This document shows, one piece after another, positions 38,990-52,610 of a stretch of DNA of 64,000 bases. Source of the DNA: Mobula hypostoma. Its lineage: Eukaryota. The translations under genes and the position numbers were made by a program. Below the pieces are notes generated by a model, which saw nothing but the letters and a program-made list of their open reading frames with translations, was not told the origin of the DNA and did not search any database. Position 1 is the first letter of the stretch, and every line of letters begins with the position of its first letter. Location: the NCBI RefSeq assembly GCF_963921235.1, contig NC_086097.1, positions 91,514,001-91,578,000 of the forward strand, in the 5' to 3' direction.

Positions 38990-41660
38990 TGCAAACAGAG
39001 GCAATGTGTAGTGAGACTTCTAACAAGGCGAGGCTGATAGGGCAAAATTACAGTCAACAGGATGAATTGCAACGTAAAAGGTGGACAAAATCGAAAAAGG
39101 TGAATACAGTACAGGGCTAAAGGTGTTATATCTGAATGTGCGCAGTATACGGAATAAGGTCAATGAATTTAGAGCACAGTTACAGATTGGCCTGTATGAT
39201 GTTGTAGGCATCACTGAATCATGGCTGAAAGAAAATAGCCGGGAGCTTATGTCCAAAGATACACATTGTATCGAACAAACAGGCAGGAAGTCAAAGGGGG
39301 TGCCATTATTCTGTTGGTAAAAAATGAAATCGGATTATTAGAAACTGGTGACATAAGGCTGGAAAGTGTTGGATCATTGTGGATAGAGCCAAGAAACCGC
39401 ATGGGTAAAAAACCCCAGGTGGAAGTTACATACAGACATCCAAATAGTAAGGATGTGGTCTACAAATTACAATGGGAGATAGAAAATTCATGCTAAAAGG
39501 GCAATGCCACAATAGTCATGGGTGATTTTAATATGCAGGTAGATTGGGAAAACCAGGTTGGTGCTGGATTCCAATGTCTTTGAGATGACTTTTCAGAGCA
39601 GCTCATGCTCGAGGCCACTAGGGGATCAGCTATTCTGGATTGGGCATTAATCAATGATCCAGAATTGATCCAGAGAGCTTAAGGTGAATGAACCCTTAGG
39701 AGAAATGATCATATGATAGAATTCACTGAATTTTGAGAAAGAAAAGATAAAGTCAGACGTATCAGTATTACAGTAGAATAAAAGGAATTACAGAGGCATG
39801 AGAGGAGTTGGCCAGAAATTATTGAAAAAGGACACTGGCAGGAATGACGGAGAGCAGCAATAGCTGGAATTTCTGGAAGCAATTTAGAAGGCACAGGACA
39901 TGTACATCTCAAAAAGGAATTAGTATTCTAAAGGAAAGATGATACAACCGTGGCTAACAAGAGAAGTCAAAGCCAACACAAAAGCCAAAAAGAAGGCATA
40001 TAATAAGAGCAAAAATTAGTGGGAATGTAGAGGATTGGGACACTTTCAAATACCAACAGAAACCAACTAAAAATGTCTTTAAGATGGAATATGAAAGCTA
40101 GCTAATAACATTAACGAGGATACTATAAGTTTCTTCAGATAGATAAAGTTGAAAAGAGGCAAAAGTGAATATCAGATTGCTGGAACACAATGCTGGAGAG
40201 GTAGTAATGGATGACAAGGAAATGGCGGATGAACTGAATAAGTATTTTGCATCAATCTTCACTGTGGAAGACACTAGCAATATGGTGGAAGTTCCAGGTA
40301 TCAGGGGTCATGAAATGTGTGAAGTTACCATTACTAGGGAGAAGGTTCTGTGGAAACTGAAAGGTTTGAAAGAAGACAAGTCACCTGGACCAGATGGTAT
40401 ATATCCCAGGGTTCTGAAAGAGATGGCAGAAGAGATTGTGGAGGCAATAGTAATGATCTTTTGAGAATCACCAGATTCTGGAATGGTTCCAGAAGACTGG
40501 AAAATAGCAAATATCACTCCACTCTTCAAGAAGGGACGTGAGGCAGAAGAAAGGAAACTTTAGGCCAAGTAGTATGACCTCAGTGGTTGGGAAGATGTTG
40601 GAGTCAATTATTAAGGACATGGTTTTGGGGTACTTGGAGGCACATGATAAAATAGGCTGTAGTCAGCCCACTTTCCGCACGGAAAAATCTTCCTGACAAA
40701 TCTGTTAAGAGTCCTTTGAAGAAATAACAAGCAGGATAGACAAAGGAGAATTGGTTGATGTTGGGCATTTGGATTTTCAGAAGGCCTTTGACAAGGTTCC
40801 ACACAAGACTGCTTAACAAGATATGAGCCCATGGTATTACAGGGGAGAATCTAGCATGGATATAACTGTGGCGGACTGGCCACAGGCAAAGAGTGGGAAT
40901 AAAATGAGCCTTTTCTGGTTGGATGCTGGTGACTAGTGGTGTTCCACAGGGGTCTGTGCTGGGACCAATTCTTTACGTCATTTATCAATGATTTGGATGA
41001 TGGCTTTGCTGCAAAGTTTGCAGACGACACAAAGCGGAGGGGCAGGTAATTTTGAGGAAGTAGAGAGGCTACAGAAGGACTTAGATTAGCAGAATGGGCA
41101 AAGAAGTGGCAGATGGAATACAGTGTCGTTAAGTGTATGGTCATGCACTTTGGTAGAAGAAATAACAGGGTTGACCACTTTCTAAATGGAGAGAAAATGC
41201 AAAAAACTGAGGCACATTAGGACTTAAGAGTCCATGTGCAGGATTCACAGAAGGTAAATTTGCAGGTTGAGTGTGTGGTGAGGAAGGCAAATATGATGTT
41301 AGCATTCATTTTAAGAGGACTGGAATATGATAGCAAGGATGTAATGTTGAGACTTTATGAAGCACTGGTGAGGCCTCACTTGTAGTATTGTGAGCAGCTT
41401 TGGGCCCCTTAGAAAGGATGTGTTGAAACTGGAGAAGGTTCAAAGGAGGTTCATGAAAACGTTTCCAGGTTTGAACGGCTTGACATATGAATAGTGTTTG
41501 ATAGCTCTGGGCCTGTATTCACTGGAGTTCAGAAGAATGAGGGAGATCCTCATTGAAACCAATCAAATCATGAAAGGCCTTGATATAGTGGATATGGAGA
41601 GAATGTTTTCCATGGTGGGAGTGTCTAAGACCAGAGGACACAGCCTCAGAATCGAAGGCC
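38990..41660 (+). mobile_element. CR1 LINE with most of ORF2 (APE + RT), degraded
   Basis: LKVLYLNVRSIRNK, DVVGITESWL, VMGDFN, DKSPGPDGIYPRVLKE, PQGSVLGP, KFADDT motifs with many stops. Confidence 0.9.
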
Positions 41661-43794
41661 TTCTTCCATCTGGACCACGCCATCTTCTTGTGACTAGCTT
41701 TGAACAAGAGATAAAGAAGCTTAAAGTTTCACACCAGCAGGTTCTGAAACAGGTAGTTCTCCTTAATTATTTGGCTCTGGAACCAACCTGTATAACCCTA
41801 ATCTCTATCTCAGTATAGCAACGCTATGACCACTTTGCACAACAATACTTTTTGTTGTAAGTGTGTTCTTTCTTGTAAACAAAAATGTGTATAATTTATG
41901 TTTTTTGAATCCTGCTGACCTGTGTTATGTGCCTGTGTGCTGCTGCAAATGTTTATTACACCTGTGCATTTGATATTCCAGACATCATTGCCAAGCTTTC
42001 ATAACCTCTGTTGACACAATTATGCCTTCCAGTTTCTGTTGGTCTCCATCTTATCACCAGCATTCACTTTGTTCTACTCATTGCTTCTTTTCCCTGCAAG
42101 CTGAAATATCCATCCGTTCCAAGTTTCCCAGTAATAATATTAACTCTTTGTCCACAGATGCTCCTGTCCTGTTTAAGTCTCAGAGAGATGACCACAGAAG
42201 ACTAAGGTAGAATGGCTTTAAGTTGTGGATTTTGAGGACAATGTCAAAGAAAGAGGAGGGACAGAACAGTAGAGATATAAAGACAAAAATCAATTCAGAG
42301 AGAAGTTAGGTAGATACTACCACACCTTGGAATGTTTTTAAGCCCTGGTAAATGTTACAGAAAAAAAAAATTGAAAAGTCATCAATGCACTTGAGAATAA
42401 GTGTTTTAAATTGAAAATGTTAGTAGGTTGGGAGCCAATGTAGATGAGCAAACACAGGGACAATGGGTTTGATGCAAGTTAGTGCTCACAGCAGAGTTGT
42501 GCATGGACTGAAGCTCATGAAGGATAGTAACTAGTATATATGGACACCATTGAAAGTAATGTTATTGGTAAGAATGATTCTTGCCAATGTACTAAACCCA
42601 AGGTACCTGTGAAAGTAGTTACTTTCCATTCAATGGTAACCCACCTTTTAAGCTAATGCTCAAACCTTTAAACTCTCCTTAGCTCTGAGATTTCTTGTCA
42701 GCAGTTGGTCCTCCAGCTGTCCCAGGTATTCGCCAATACTGCAAATCAAACTAGCACCTGTTCCAAACTAACTCTCCGGTTCCAACATTCAGCCCTAGCT
42801 CTATCACAACATAAAGTAAAACAGTTTCATGTCTACAGTCTTTATTCAATGCCCACTTGAATGGTAATATTCCAGCAATACAAGCTGAAAATGTGGCTTG
42901 ACTGGAAGGGAGATTTTAAGATAGCACATTTAACGTTTCAGGTAAAACATGCCGATGCATACTAGGTAAAGTTAAGCTTCATAGGAACACTTACTGCAAG
43001 ATTAAAGCAAAAGGTTAACTGAATGGAAAGTTACACACAGTGTGAATCACCCGCTCCTTGTGTGCTCCTGGCCCAGACCTGTTCATCGCCTCTTCTTTTC
43101 TCTGGCCTTTATTGCTTTTCCTCAACAATGTTAGGATAGTGAACGAGAGGGGGTGAAATGAGATGGGGTTTGGGAAAGAAAAGGTACTAAGCAGAGGCTG
43201 AGGAAGGAAGGCAGCGAAGATTACTCAGTGAAAAATGTTCATTTTCCTTCAGTAAATATAAAGCAAGGGTTTTAATTAAGAACCATAATTAGAACACAAG
43301 ATGCATAGAGGTGCAGAAAGGGCCAAAGGAAGATGACAATGAGACCTGAGAGCCATACTACCAGAGCATAGTTTGTTCTATGTTTGGTTTGATTTAGTGG
43401 AAAAGTTGTCATCTTTCTGCTAGGACAGCTATCCATGCAGTGTGACTGAACCACTGAGATGCTAGAGGGACCAGCTATGCTCATTAGAGTACAACAGAAA
43501 AAAAGCTGATTGCATTGAAATATAAAAGATCACATGAGCAATTGAAAGCATCCACTCTGTGAGATAGCTGGCAGTTTCACAATTAGAATTTAAGATGAAG
43601 ATGGGGAAAATTTCACCTCCAAGGGTCATAATCTTTAGAATTCTCTATTGTAAAGAGGTTGACAGACATTTAAATGGGCGAGTCTCTGGTATAGAGAGAG
43701 AACAGGTGGTGTTTGGGCCAAGGTTAGATCAGCCTTGGTCACAGTGAATGCTGGAGCAGACAGAGGTCAGTTAGTCAACTCCTTCCTGTTTCTA

Positions 43795-44340
43795 ATTTCT
43801 CTCACTGCCTCTCCCACTCAGAAACCCTCACATCCACTTCAACCCTCATCTTCCTTTACCCTCCCTTTTCTCAGTCGCCCCTCCAACCTTCCTTTTTCCC
43901 TCTATGTCCTTGTTCATCTGGCCTTTTCTGGTCTATCCAACCCATCCCACTACCCATTCCCTGCCTCACTCTCCCTTGTTCAATTTTTCCCTCTCTCTCC
44001 CTCCCACTCTCTTGGGCTTCCATGTTCCTCCAATTCTACGTTCTGTTCTCTCTACTATTCATTGCCCTGCCTCCCCAGTCCCCTCTTCTATCCTTTTGCT
44101 AACCCTTCACTACCTCTCTTCCCACCCACTCCTACCACACGTCCTCCTTCCATTCCACCACCCTTTTACCCCAACCTTCCCCTCCCCACCTCTCAACACT
44201 CTCCTCCCCTCCCTCCCTCCATTCACTCTCTCCCTCTCCCTTCCCTGCCTCTCCATACCCTCAGGCACAAACACCCTCACTTTCCCCACTTTGTCCCTCA
44301 CCCACCCCTCTCCCCATCCAACACTCTCTCCCCTCTCCCG
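43795..44340 (+). repeat. Pyrimidine-rich low-complexity tract
   Basis: About 550 bp almost entirely C/T on the plus strand. Confidence 0.8.
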
Positions 44341-44800
44341 GTGGCCATGCCCTCAACTGCCACGATGAAGCCACACTTGGGTTGGAGGAGCAAGACCTCA
44401 TATTCCGTCTGGGCAGCCTCCAACCTGATGGGATGAACATTGTTTTCAAATCTAACTCCAGGTAATAACTCCTCTCTTCTTCTACTCCTCAGTCCAGTTC
44501 TCCTCTCATGCCTGTTTTGCCCTGCTCCGCTTTAAATTCGATGGATCACTGTCCTCTCCTATTAAGGTTCCTTCTTCTGCCGCCCTTTACTTTTCCATCA
44601 ATCACCTCCGAGCTTCTTACTTCAGTCCCCCGCCCCATTGCTCTGGCCTACGTTTACTCCTTCTCCTCCCCCCCCCCCCGTGTTATTCTGCTCCCTTCAG
44701 TCCCGACGATGGGTCTCGGCCCAAAGCATCGATTGTTTCTTCCCCGCCACAGGTGCTGCCTGACCCGCTGAGTTCCTCCAGCAGCTTGTGTGTGTTGCTC
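44341..44800 (+). mobile_element. Old Penelope 3' fragment with degenerate hammerhead
   Basis: LEEQDLIFRLGSLQPDGMNI C-terminus; mutated core cagtc-CCGACGA-tgggtctcggccc-AAAGC-ATC-gattg at 44698-44735; tail gctgcctgacccgctgagttcctccagc. Confidence 0.85.
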
Positions 44801-44872
44801 GCTACGGTTTACCACCGCTCCCTCCTCTCAGCGTCCCTCCCTCCCCTCCACTCTCCCCCCCCACATCATTAC

Positions 44873-45280
44873 CGTCACTCCGGACCTGCTGTTGCTCAAC
44901 AAGGACACTTCGCCTGCTGGAAAGATGGCCTCACCCTCCAAAAAGCTCAGCGCTACCGCCAGTCCTCCCAACTGCTGGGCTGGACCTCCGGAGCTTCTGC
45001 AGTTGGCAGTCGGCGGTCCGCGCTCGCACGGTTTTATGTCTTGTTATTTCGCCTTGCCTTCCTTGTTCGGCTCCGTTTTGGTTCGCCCTGCTGATGTTAT
45101 TGTGTCTCATATCTGAATGGAATTTCCTTCCGGGTCTACAGCAAGAGCTGGGCTCCCCAGGAGAGCGAGCAGGTGCCTGTTTGGGACACAGATACAACTT
45201 CCCAGCGGCACGTAATGCAACTATGGCCGCATTATTTGGAAGGTGCTATACTTTCCCTCTCCAGAAGCCTTGCGACAATT
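44873..45280 (-). promoter_or_regulatory. EXD2: Probable EXD2 promoter and non-coding first exon
   Basis: CpG-rich unique patch 6 kb upstream of the ATG exon. Candidate minus-strand donors ACG|GTAATG (exon end 44873) and AGG|GTGAGG (exon end 44935). ZNF143/THAP11-like motifs gatacaacttcccagcggca (45191-45210) and ctccagaagccttgcg (45259-45274). Confidence 0.55.
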
Positions 45281-45608
45281 TAAGTTTGTATTTTTAAACA
45301 GACTTTAGGAACCAAAAGATCTTAAACTCATTTCAATACATTTTAAAGAGTCGATGCTGCCAAGTAACTCATACTTTTCATTACATGGCAAAATGTAATT
45401 GGCCAGATAATGGCCGGTTTTTAAAAAACATTATTCCATGTAACGGGGCAAAAGTCAAATTCTCTGACGTACCGGTACCCTTGTTAATTGTCAATGTCGA
45501 GAGAACTACACCGCAGGGTTGAGCTCCAGGTGGCGTTTCATGGCAAACCATGAACCTCTAGGCTTAGACAAGACATCTGATCACCGTGTTTTACACAAAA
45601 CACTGACG

Positions 45609-46226
45609 CCGACGTCCCACCCTGCAAAAACTAATTTCAGGGAGGTAGCACCCCCAATCCCCGCAACCCCATATTCCCCCCCCCCCCCGGTCGACCTCCA
45701 AGGGTGTATGTGATACTTTGTTTAGTGATTTTGTCTAATCTGTAAACCAGGTTGGGTTTCTGCATAAAAGATGACATTGAAATATGTACTTATATTATCA
45801 TGTTTCATCTATCACAACTTTAAGCAAGTCTACAGGGAGTTTGGCCTCATCAAGTAGGACTTCAATAGCGTAGCTCCTTAGCAGCTAGCCAGCTAGTTTA
45901 AATAACGTTAGCTATGCTAATGAACGAATGACACCTGTTAAACTCACCTCAACATGTCTTTTACATTTTAACCCACCATGGACAATAGAAAAGTCACTGT
46001 TGCAAACAGTGCAGCGAGCTACACTGTCATTATTTTTGAGGTTGACTGTAAAGCCTGCCCACAGAGAAAACTGCCTACTGTCTACTTAGCACAAAGAGAG
46101 ACCAATCAGGATGCCCCTCCCCCTCTCCCACTCCAAAAAATCGATTTCCAGGGAATTCTATATAATTTCCAGGCGTCAGGGAGCCGCTATCAATATGCCG
46201 GAGACTTCCGGGAGAGGTGGGATGTC
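45609..46226. mobile_element. Non-autonomous hAT-like DNA transposon
   Basis: Inverted ends GACGTCCCACC and GGTGGGATGTC; 8-bp flanks CACTGACG (45601-45608) and CACTGATG (46227-46234). Confidence 0.7.
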
Positions 46227-46659
46227 CACTGATGGCACTTTGATCTGAGGCTGTAATTCCTCTCCATAGATGCTGACAGACTTGCTGAGTTTCTCCAGCC
46301 TTTTATGTGTTACCAGGATTGCGACCACCTGAACAATACCTTGTGCCTTTGAGCACTGTGACGCAGGTGCAAACTATTGGTAAGGAATTAGAAAAGGTGA
46401 TAGAAATCAGACAACACAAATTCAAAGAGGATAGAAGGTATATGTGGGAAGCGACTGATCAGGTTGAGAATGTAGCTTAAAAGCATAGGAGGTATTCAGT
46501 ATTTTGAAGTGACGTCTAGGCAGAAAGCAGTTTTTTTAGATTGGTACTCAGTTTGTAAGATGGAAGATCTGACACTACTATTTAAGAGATAAAGAAAACA
46601 AATAGGAACTGAACCTGCCATCGGTAATAGGAAATATTAGAATCTGATATGTGGTTATG

Positions 46660-46965
46660 GGTGGCGGGGTGGAGGTAGGTCTCTACCAAAGGAGGTGTAA
46701 AAGGAGCTCCTTTTCTCCGCTAGTCTGCAGCTTGGACAAGGTGTAGCCCCCAGATCAGGGTCCTGTGAAGCTATGAGAGCAGGTGGCGGATGGTCCTATT
46801 AGCAGCTGGTACATATCACAAGTCCTGGTTATGTGACCACTGACGCTTGTCGGACAATCTCTTAAAGAGTATTGATATAGGCTGAGGTCACCTGTCTTGT
46901 AAAGACACTGCCCAGTAGAAGGCAATGGCAAACCTCGCTGTAGAAACATTTGCCAAGAACAACCG
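46660..46965 (+). mobile_element. Short non-autonomous RTE-related retroposon
   Basis: Shares GTCTTGTAAAGACACTGCCCAG and AATGGCAAACC with 8040-8320. Confidence 0.6.
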
Positions 46966-47166
46966 AATATGTAGCTACAGTGATTTTCAAAATAATGGGA
47001 TGGGTAAAGCCAACATGGAGTCATAAAAGAGAAATCATGTTTGTCAAATGCTAGAATTTTGAGGGTTTACCAGGAATAAGAGATAAAATAACATACTGGG
47101 ACTTTCAAAAGGCTTTTGGTAAGGTGTTACATAAAATACTATTTTAAAAATAAAATGGGTGGAATA

Positions 47167-47808
47167 CATTCATTGGCCACTTTATTAGGGATGTCTGTAC
47201 ATCTGTGTATGTAATGGATATCTGCCATTACATATCTGTAATGGCATAATTATAAAAATTGTCATATGCCATCTACTTGAATAGGCCAACTCTTCTCACC
47301 GATATTCTTATGCCGCCTCTTGCATCGCATGTTTGCTCGTTAAGGCAAACATCTAATCAGCAACTCAATGCATTAAAGCACACATGGACAAGAATTTCAG
47401 TAGTTGTTCAGACCAAACATCAGAATGGGGAAGAAATGTGATCTAAGTGACTTTGACCATGGAGTGATTGCTGGTGCCAGACGGGGTGGTTTGAGTATCT
47501 CAGAAACTGCTGATCTCCTGGAATTTTCATGGATAACAGTCCCTAGAGTTTACAGAGAATGATGCAAAAAACAAAACACATCCAGTGAGTATCAGTTCTG
47601 TGGGTGAAAATGTCTTGTTAACGAGAGAGGTTGGGGAGAGTAGCCAGACTGGTTCAAGCTGGGAGGAGGGAGACAGTAACACAAATAAATGTGTTGTAAC
47701 AGCCCTGTTCAGAAGAGCATTTCTGAATGCACAACACACTGAACTTTCAATGGACGGAAAAGACCACGCAGGGTTCCAGTCCTGTACCTCAAAGTGGCCA
47801 TGAAGTAT
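47167..47808 (+). mobile_element. Internally deleted Tc1-like element
   Basis: Ends cattggccactttattagg and gtacctcaaagtggcca; N-terminal transposase remnant MGKKCDLSDFDHGVIAGARRGGLSISETADLL at ~47425. Confidence 0.75.
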
Positions 47809-48394
47809 ATAAAGGCATGGTGGGGGGTTGGTTTTAGGTGAGGGACCTCCTCCAGCATTTTGTGGGTGCTCAGTATAATGGCATGGATTGAGGTTATTGG
47901 AAAGGCAATAGTAGTCACTATGGATTGGCAAGTGTGAGCAGTGAGGTACCAGATGGAACTGATAGGGAACCTTGTCCGTTCACAATCAATGTCAATGGCT
48001 TTGATTAAGGGATCAGGTAGAGTTGATCGTTTTATTGACGATACAAAGCTAGGTGTTAGTTTGGACAATAAGGAACATTAAACAGCTACAGAAGAACAGA
48101 CACATGCAAATAGACCATAATTTGATAAAATAGTTGGCCATTCACTTTTATAGAGAAAGAGAAACAAAAGTAGACAAATTTTAAATGGACATTGAAAAAG
48201 GAACCATGTCTTCAAAAAAACTGAGCATGCAGGTACAATGTATGAATTAGGAAGGCAAATTATGTGCTGTTCTTTATTATCAGTGGTTTTGAACAGAATA
48301 GGTATCTGAGTGGAATTATAAAAGGAACTGTGGAAACAATGCCTGGATATTGCATAAAGGTTTGATCTCTCTCCTTAAAAGAAATACTTGCTTA

Positions 48395-50425
48395 TAGCTT
48401 GGCATTTAATAGGATCATCTCTCTGATGCAGGTGAGTAAACTTTTCTTGTTGGATCTCAACACCTCGCTCTGTAATTGGATCTTGGACTTCTTGACTTCA
48501 GGGATCTGTTCTGTGATTTTTATAAATAACCTGGATGAGGAAGTGGAGGGATGGGTTGGTAAATATGCTGATGACACAAAGGTTGGGGGTGTTGTCGATA
48601 GTGTGGAGGGCTGTCAGAGGTTACAGCGGGACATCGATAGGATGCAAAACTGGGCTGAGAAGTGGCAGAAAGAGTTCAACCCTGGTAAGTGTGAGATGGT
48701 TCATTTTGGTAGGTCAAATATGATGGCTGAATATAGTATTAATAGTAAGACTTTCAGCAGTGTGGAGGATCAGAGGGATCTTGGGGTCCAAGTCCATAGG
48801 ACACTCAAAGCTGCTGTGCAGGTTGACTGGTTAAGAAGGCATTCGGTGCATTGGCCTTCATCAATCGTGGCATTGAGTTTAAGAGCTGAGAGGTAATGTT
48901 GCAGCTATATAGGACCCTGGTCAGACCCCACTTGGAGTACTGTTATCGGTTCTGGTTGCCTCACTACAGGAAGAATGTGGAAACTACAGAAAGGGTGCAG
49001 AGGAGGTTTACAAGGATGTTCCCTGGATTGGGGAGCATGACTTATGAGAATAAGTTGAGTGAACTTGGCCATTTCTTCTTGGAGCAACAGAGGATGAGAG
49101 TTGACCTGATAGAGGTGTATAAGATGATGAGAGGCATTGATCGTGTGGATAGTCAGAGGCTTTTTCCCAGGGCTGAGATGGCTAGCACGAGAGGGCACAG
49201 TTTTCAGGTGCTTGGAAGTAGGTACAGAGGAGATGTTAGGGGTAAGTTTTTCGACGAAGAGTGGTGAGTGCGTGGAATGGGCTGCCGGCGACGATGGTGG
49301 AGGCAGATACGATAGGGTCTCTTAAGAGACTTCTGGTTAAGCACATGAAGCTTAGAAAAATAGAGGGCTATGGATAACCCTAGGTAATTTTTAAAGTAAG
49401 TACATGTTTGGCACAGCATTGTGGGCTGAAGGGCCTGTATTGTGCTGTAGGTTTTCTATGTTTGACAGAAAGACCCCAGTCAGTCCACATTGGCAGCCGC
49501 ATTTCTATAGCTCCATCATGCTGAGCACCGACGCTTCCTTGGGCTTTGTGCTCAGCCTGCTATTGTTCATGCTGCTGATGCATGACTGCCCTGCTAGATT
49601 CAGTTCCAGCTGAATCATCAAGTTCGCAGATGACATAATAGTGGTTGTTTTCATCAGCAAAGGTGATAAGGCAGCAGACAGAGAGGAGGTAGAGTGGTGT
49701 AAGCACAACAACTGGAGTCTCAATGTGGACAAATACTAAAGGGGTAATTCTGGACTTAAGCAAGAAGCAGGCTGACTGCACCTCACTGCACATAAATGGC
49801 TCCTCCGCGACAACAGTTTGGGCTGCCAAGCTTCTGGGAGTACACATAATGGATGATCGCACCTGGTTCCTCAACATCACCTCTTTAGTCAAGAAAGCAC
49901 AGTAGTGTCTCCACTTCTTGAGGAGACTGAGGTGAGCGAGGCTCCCTTCCCACATGCTAACCAAGTTTTACAGGAGCACCATTGAGAGTGTACGGACCAG
50001 CTGCATCCCCCTTTGTTATGGAAACTGCAAAGGCACCCGACTGCAAAACCTTACAAAGGATTGTGAGGACTGCTGGGTGGATCATCAGGGTCTCTCTTCC
50101 ACTCATCTGAGATACCTACCAGGAGCACTGCATATGCAGTGCCCTTAGTATAATCCAAGATCCCTCCCATCCATCCAACAAACTGTTTGACCACTCCACC
50201 ATCAAGCAGGAGGCACCGTATCGAGCTCCAGTAGCATTATTCTGTTTGTTTTTTAACTAATGACATAAGTGCACGTGATCATTTCTTAACTTATTTGTGG
50301 TGATAATACTACGTTTTGTATATGAATTATATGTACTAAGTTGTGCACCTTGGTCCGGAGGAACGTTGTTCCATTTGGCGGTATACATGAACCTGGTTGA
50401 TATGGCAATCAAATTGAAGTTGACT
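48395..50425 (+). mobile_element. Rex1-type LINE interrupted by a CR1 3' portion (~48498-49461)
   Basis: [11 protein letters not shown] resumes as ERPQ after the CR1, with TTGAC duplicated at both junctions; CR1 motifs KYADDTKVGG and LVRPHLEYC. Confidence 0.85.
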
Positions 50426-51611
50426 GGACAGTAACAAAGGTACCAGATTGATTTCTGAAATTTGGGCCGGGGGGGGGGGGGGATGCGGTGTGGTTATTAT
50501 CTTATGAGATAGGACTGGTCTAATAACCCTAACTTGAGATAAAGCTGAAACATACATATTTACTGAGTTTGACAAGACACAGGACATTTGCCCCAGATGG
50601 TTATTTCTTTAACAGAAAGTGTTGTGAACCTTTGTAATTCTCTACTCAGTCACACCGTGGCCACTCAGTCGCTGAATGTATGTGTACTTCAGACAGAAAT
50701 CGTAAAGATACTTGGATATTAAGGGAATTAAACTTTATAAAGCTAGTGCACTATGTAGAGTAAATTTAAAAGAAAAAATCCATAACTTCTCATTTTTTCT
50801 TTAGAAATAAAATGTAATTCTTTGCTTTGCCTTATTCATTGCTTCTCTGCTGTTGGTGGTTCATGTGTCTGCACCATTGGATTGTTGTTCCTATCCTGTT
50901 TTCACAGTTTTTCAACAGTCACGGTCGTCTTATTCTTCCTACCAAATATATTTATCTGTACTGATGTGTTTTCCCCAATTAAAAAAACATTCTGCACATT
51001 CATTAACATTGTACAATATTTTGTCACAGTCAGTCCCATTAAGTGTCAATTTCAGATCCACACAGTTTTGAAATTATATTTCCAATCTCCAATCAAATAT
51101 TTGATGTAAATTATAAATCACTTTAGTTCAAGTAGGACATTGCTTTCCAGCTTTGACAGGTTGTGTAATTGCCTTTATGTCTCTATAATTTGCTATCCAT
51201 TCTGCCACCTGTCTTAATTCTGCTTAAAAACTCACAGGACTGGCAGTAACACATTAACATTAATAGAAGATTGTCTGAAGGACAGGAAAACTCAGAATGA
51301 ACAAGTCGTTGTATTGAAGTTAGGTAGCCTGGATATAGCCAGTAGGTTGGTGTAATGATCAGACCTGGGTGCTCAGCAGTTAACATTTTACATTTGCATG
51401 AAAAGACCAAATTTGTTGATGGCAAAATGTTTAGGCAGCAATGCATACTACAGGACACAAGGATCTAAAAAGGTAAATGAGTGAGCTAGGAAATTGCAAA
51501 TACAGAGTATATTGTTGGAAAATGTGTATGGCTATGAACTTTGATGGGAAGACTAGAATTTTTTAAAAAGTATTTAGGGACTGGTAAATAAATACAAGTA
51601 CAGCACTTAAT

Positions 51612-52610
51612 CATGTCATCTGCAGAAATTCTCTGATGACTCAGCAATAGTTGGGTGTATAAAAGGAGGACAGGAGGATGAATACAAGGCCCTGGTGGAG
51701 GACTTGGTTGAATGGTGCAAACTGAATAATCTGCAGCTCAACATCAGTAAGTCAAAGGAGATGGAGATGGACCCTAGGAAGACCAAGCCTGCACTGCTCC
51801 CTGTTGCTATGAGGATGTGGATGTGGTGATGATCTACAAGTACCTGGGGGTGCAACTAGATGACAGACTTGAGTGGACCACCAACACAGATGCTGTATGC
51901 AAGAAGAGCCAGAGTTGCCTCTACTTCCTGAGGAAACTGAGGTCCTTTGAAGTATGCAAGCCTCTCCTTCACATGTTCTACCAGTCTGTTGTTGTCAGTA
52001 TAATCTTTTATGGGGTGGTGTGCTGCGGCAATGGCATCAACACAGGTGATGTCAACAGGCTCAATAAACTGATTGAAAAAGCTGGCTTTGTTATAGGAGA
52101 CAAACTGGACGTCCTGAAGATTGTGGTAGAACAAAGGCCCCTCCAGAAAATCCTGGAAATCTGGACAATGTTTCTCACCATCTGCATACCATCTTGGCTG
52201 GACAGAGGAGTACTTTCAGTAATAGACTAAGCCAACTGTACGGCTCCAAAGAGTGCTATATAATGTAATTCTTACCCTCGGCCATTAGGCTCTGAGTCAA
52301 CCTCCTCCTGTTAAATGTTATTAACCTGCTTACCAGAACTCTGTAAACCACACCCTGCTATCGCAGATACCCTGTGCAATACTACCATCTCTTCCTATCT
52401 GGACAGTGTGAATGTGCACCATTACTGTAATTCTTGCACTACCGTCTTATCAGTATGAACTTGGAAATCTTGTAATCTTTGACATCTTATTTTTAGGGTA
52501 ACCTTTTTTTACTCCTTCTTACTTCTCTTTCAATATTTGTATATCTGTGCACTTGTAATGATACTGTGACACTGTAATTTCCTTTGGGATCAATAAAGTA
52601 TCTGTCTAGA
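51612..52610 (+). mobile_element. Rex1-type LINE 3' fragment(s)
   Basis: LQKFSDDSAIVG, LQLNISKSKEM, YKYLGVQLD, LYFLRKLRSF motifs; tail gggatcaataaagtatct. Confidence 0.85.

Noticed and set aside
43735..44436. 233-aa proline-rich ORF
   Set aside because: Product of a C/T low-complexity tract running into a Penelope fragment, antisense within an EXD2 intron.
44753..45297. Overlapping ORFs of 88-169 aa
   Set aside because: No recognisable domain; expected in GC-rich promoter DNA.
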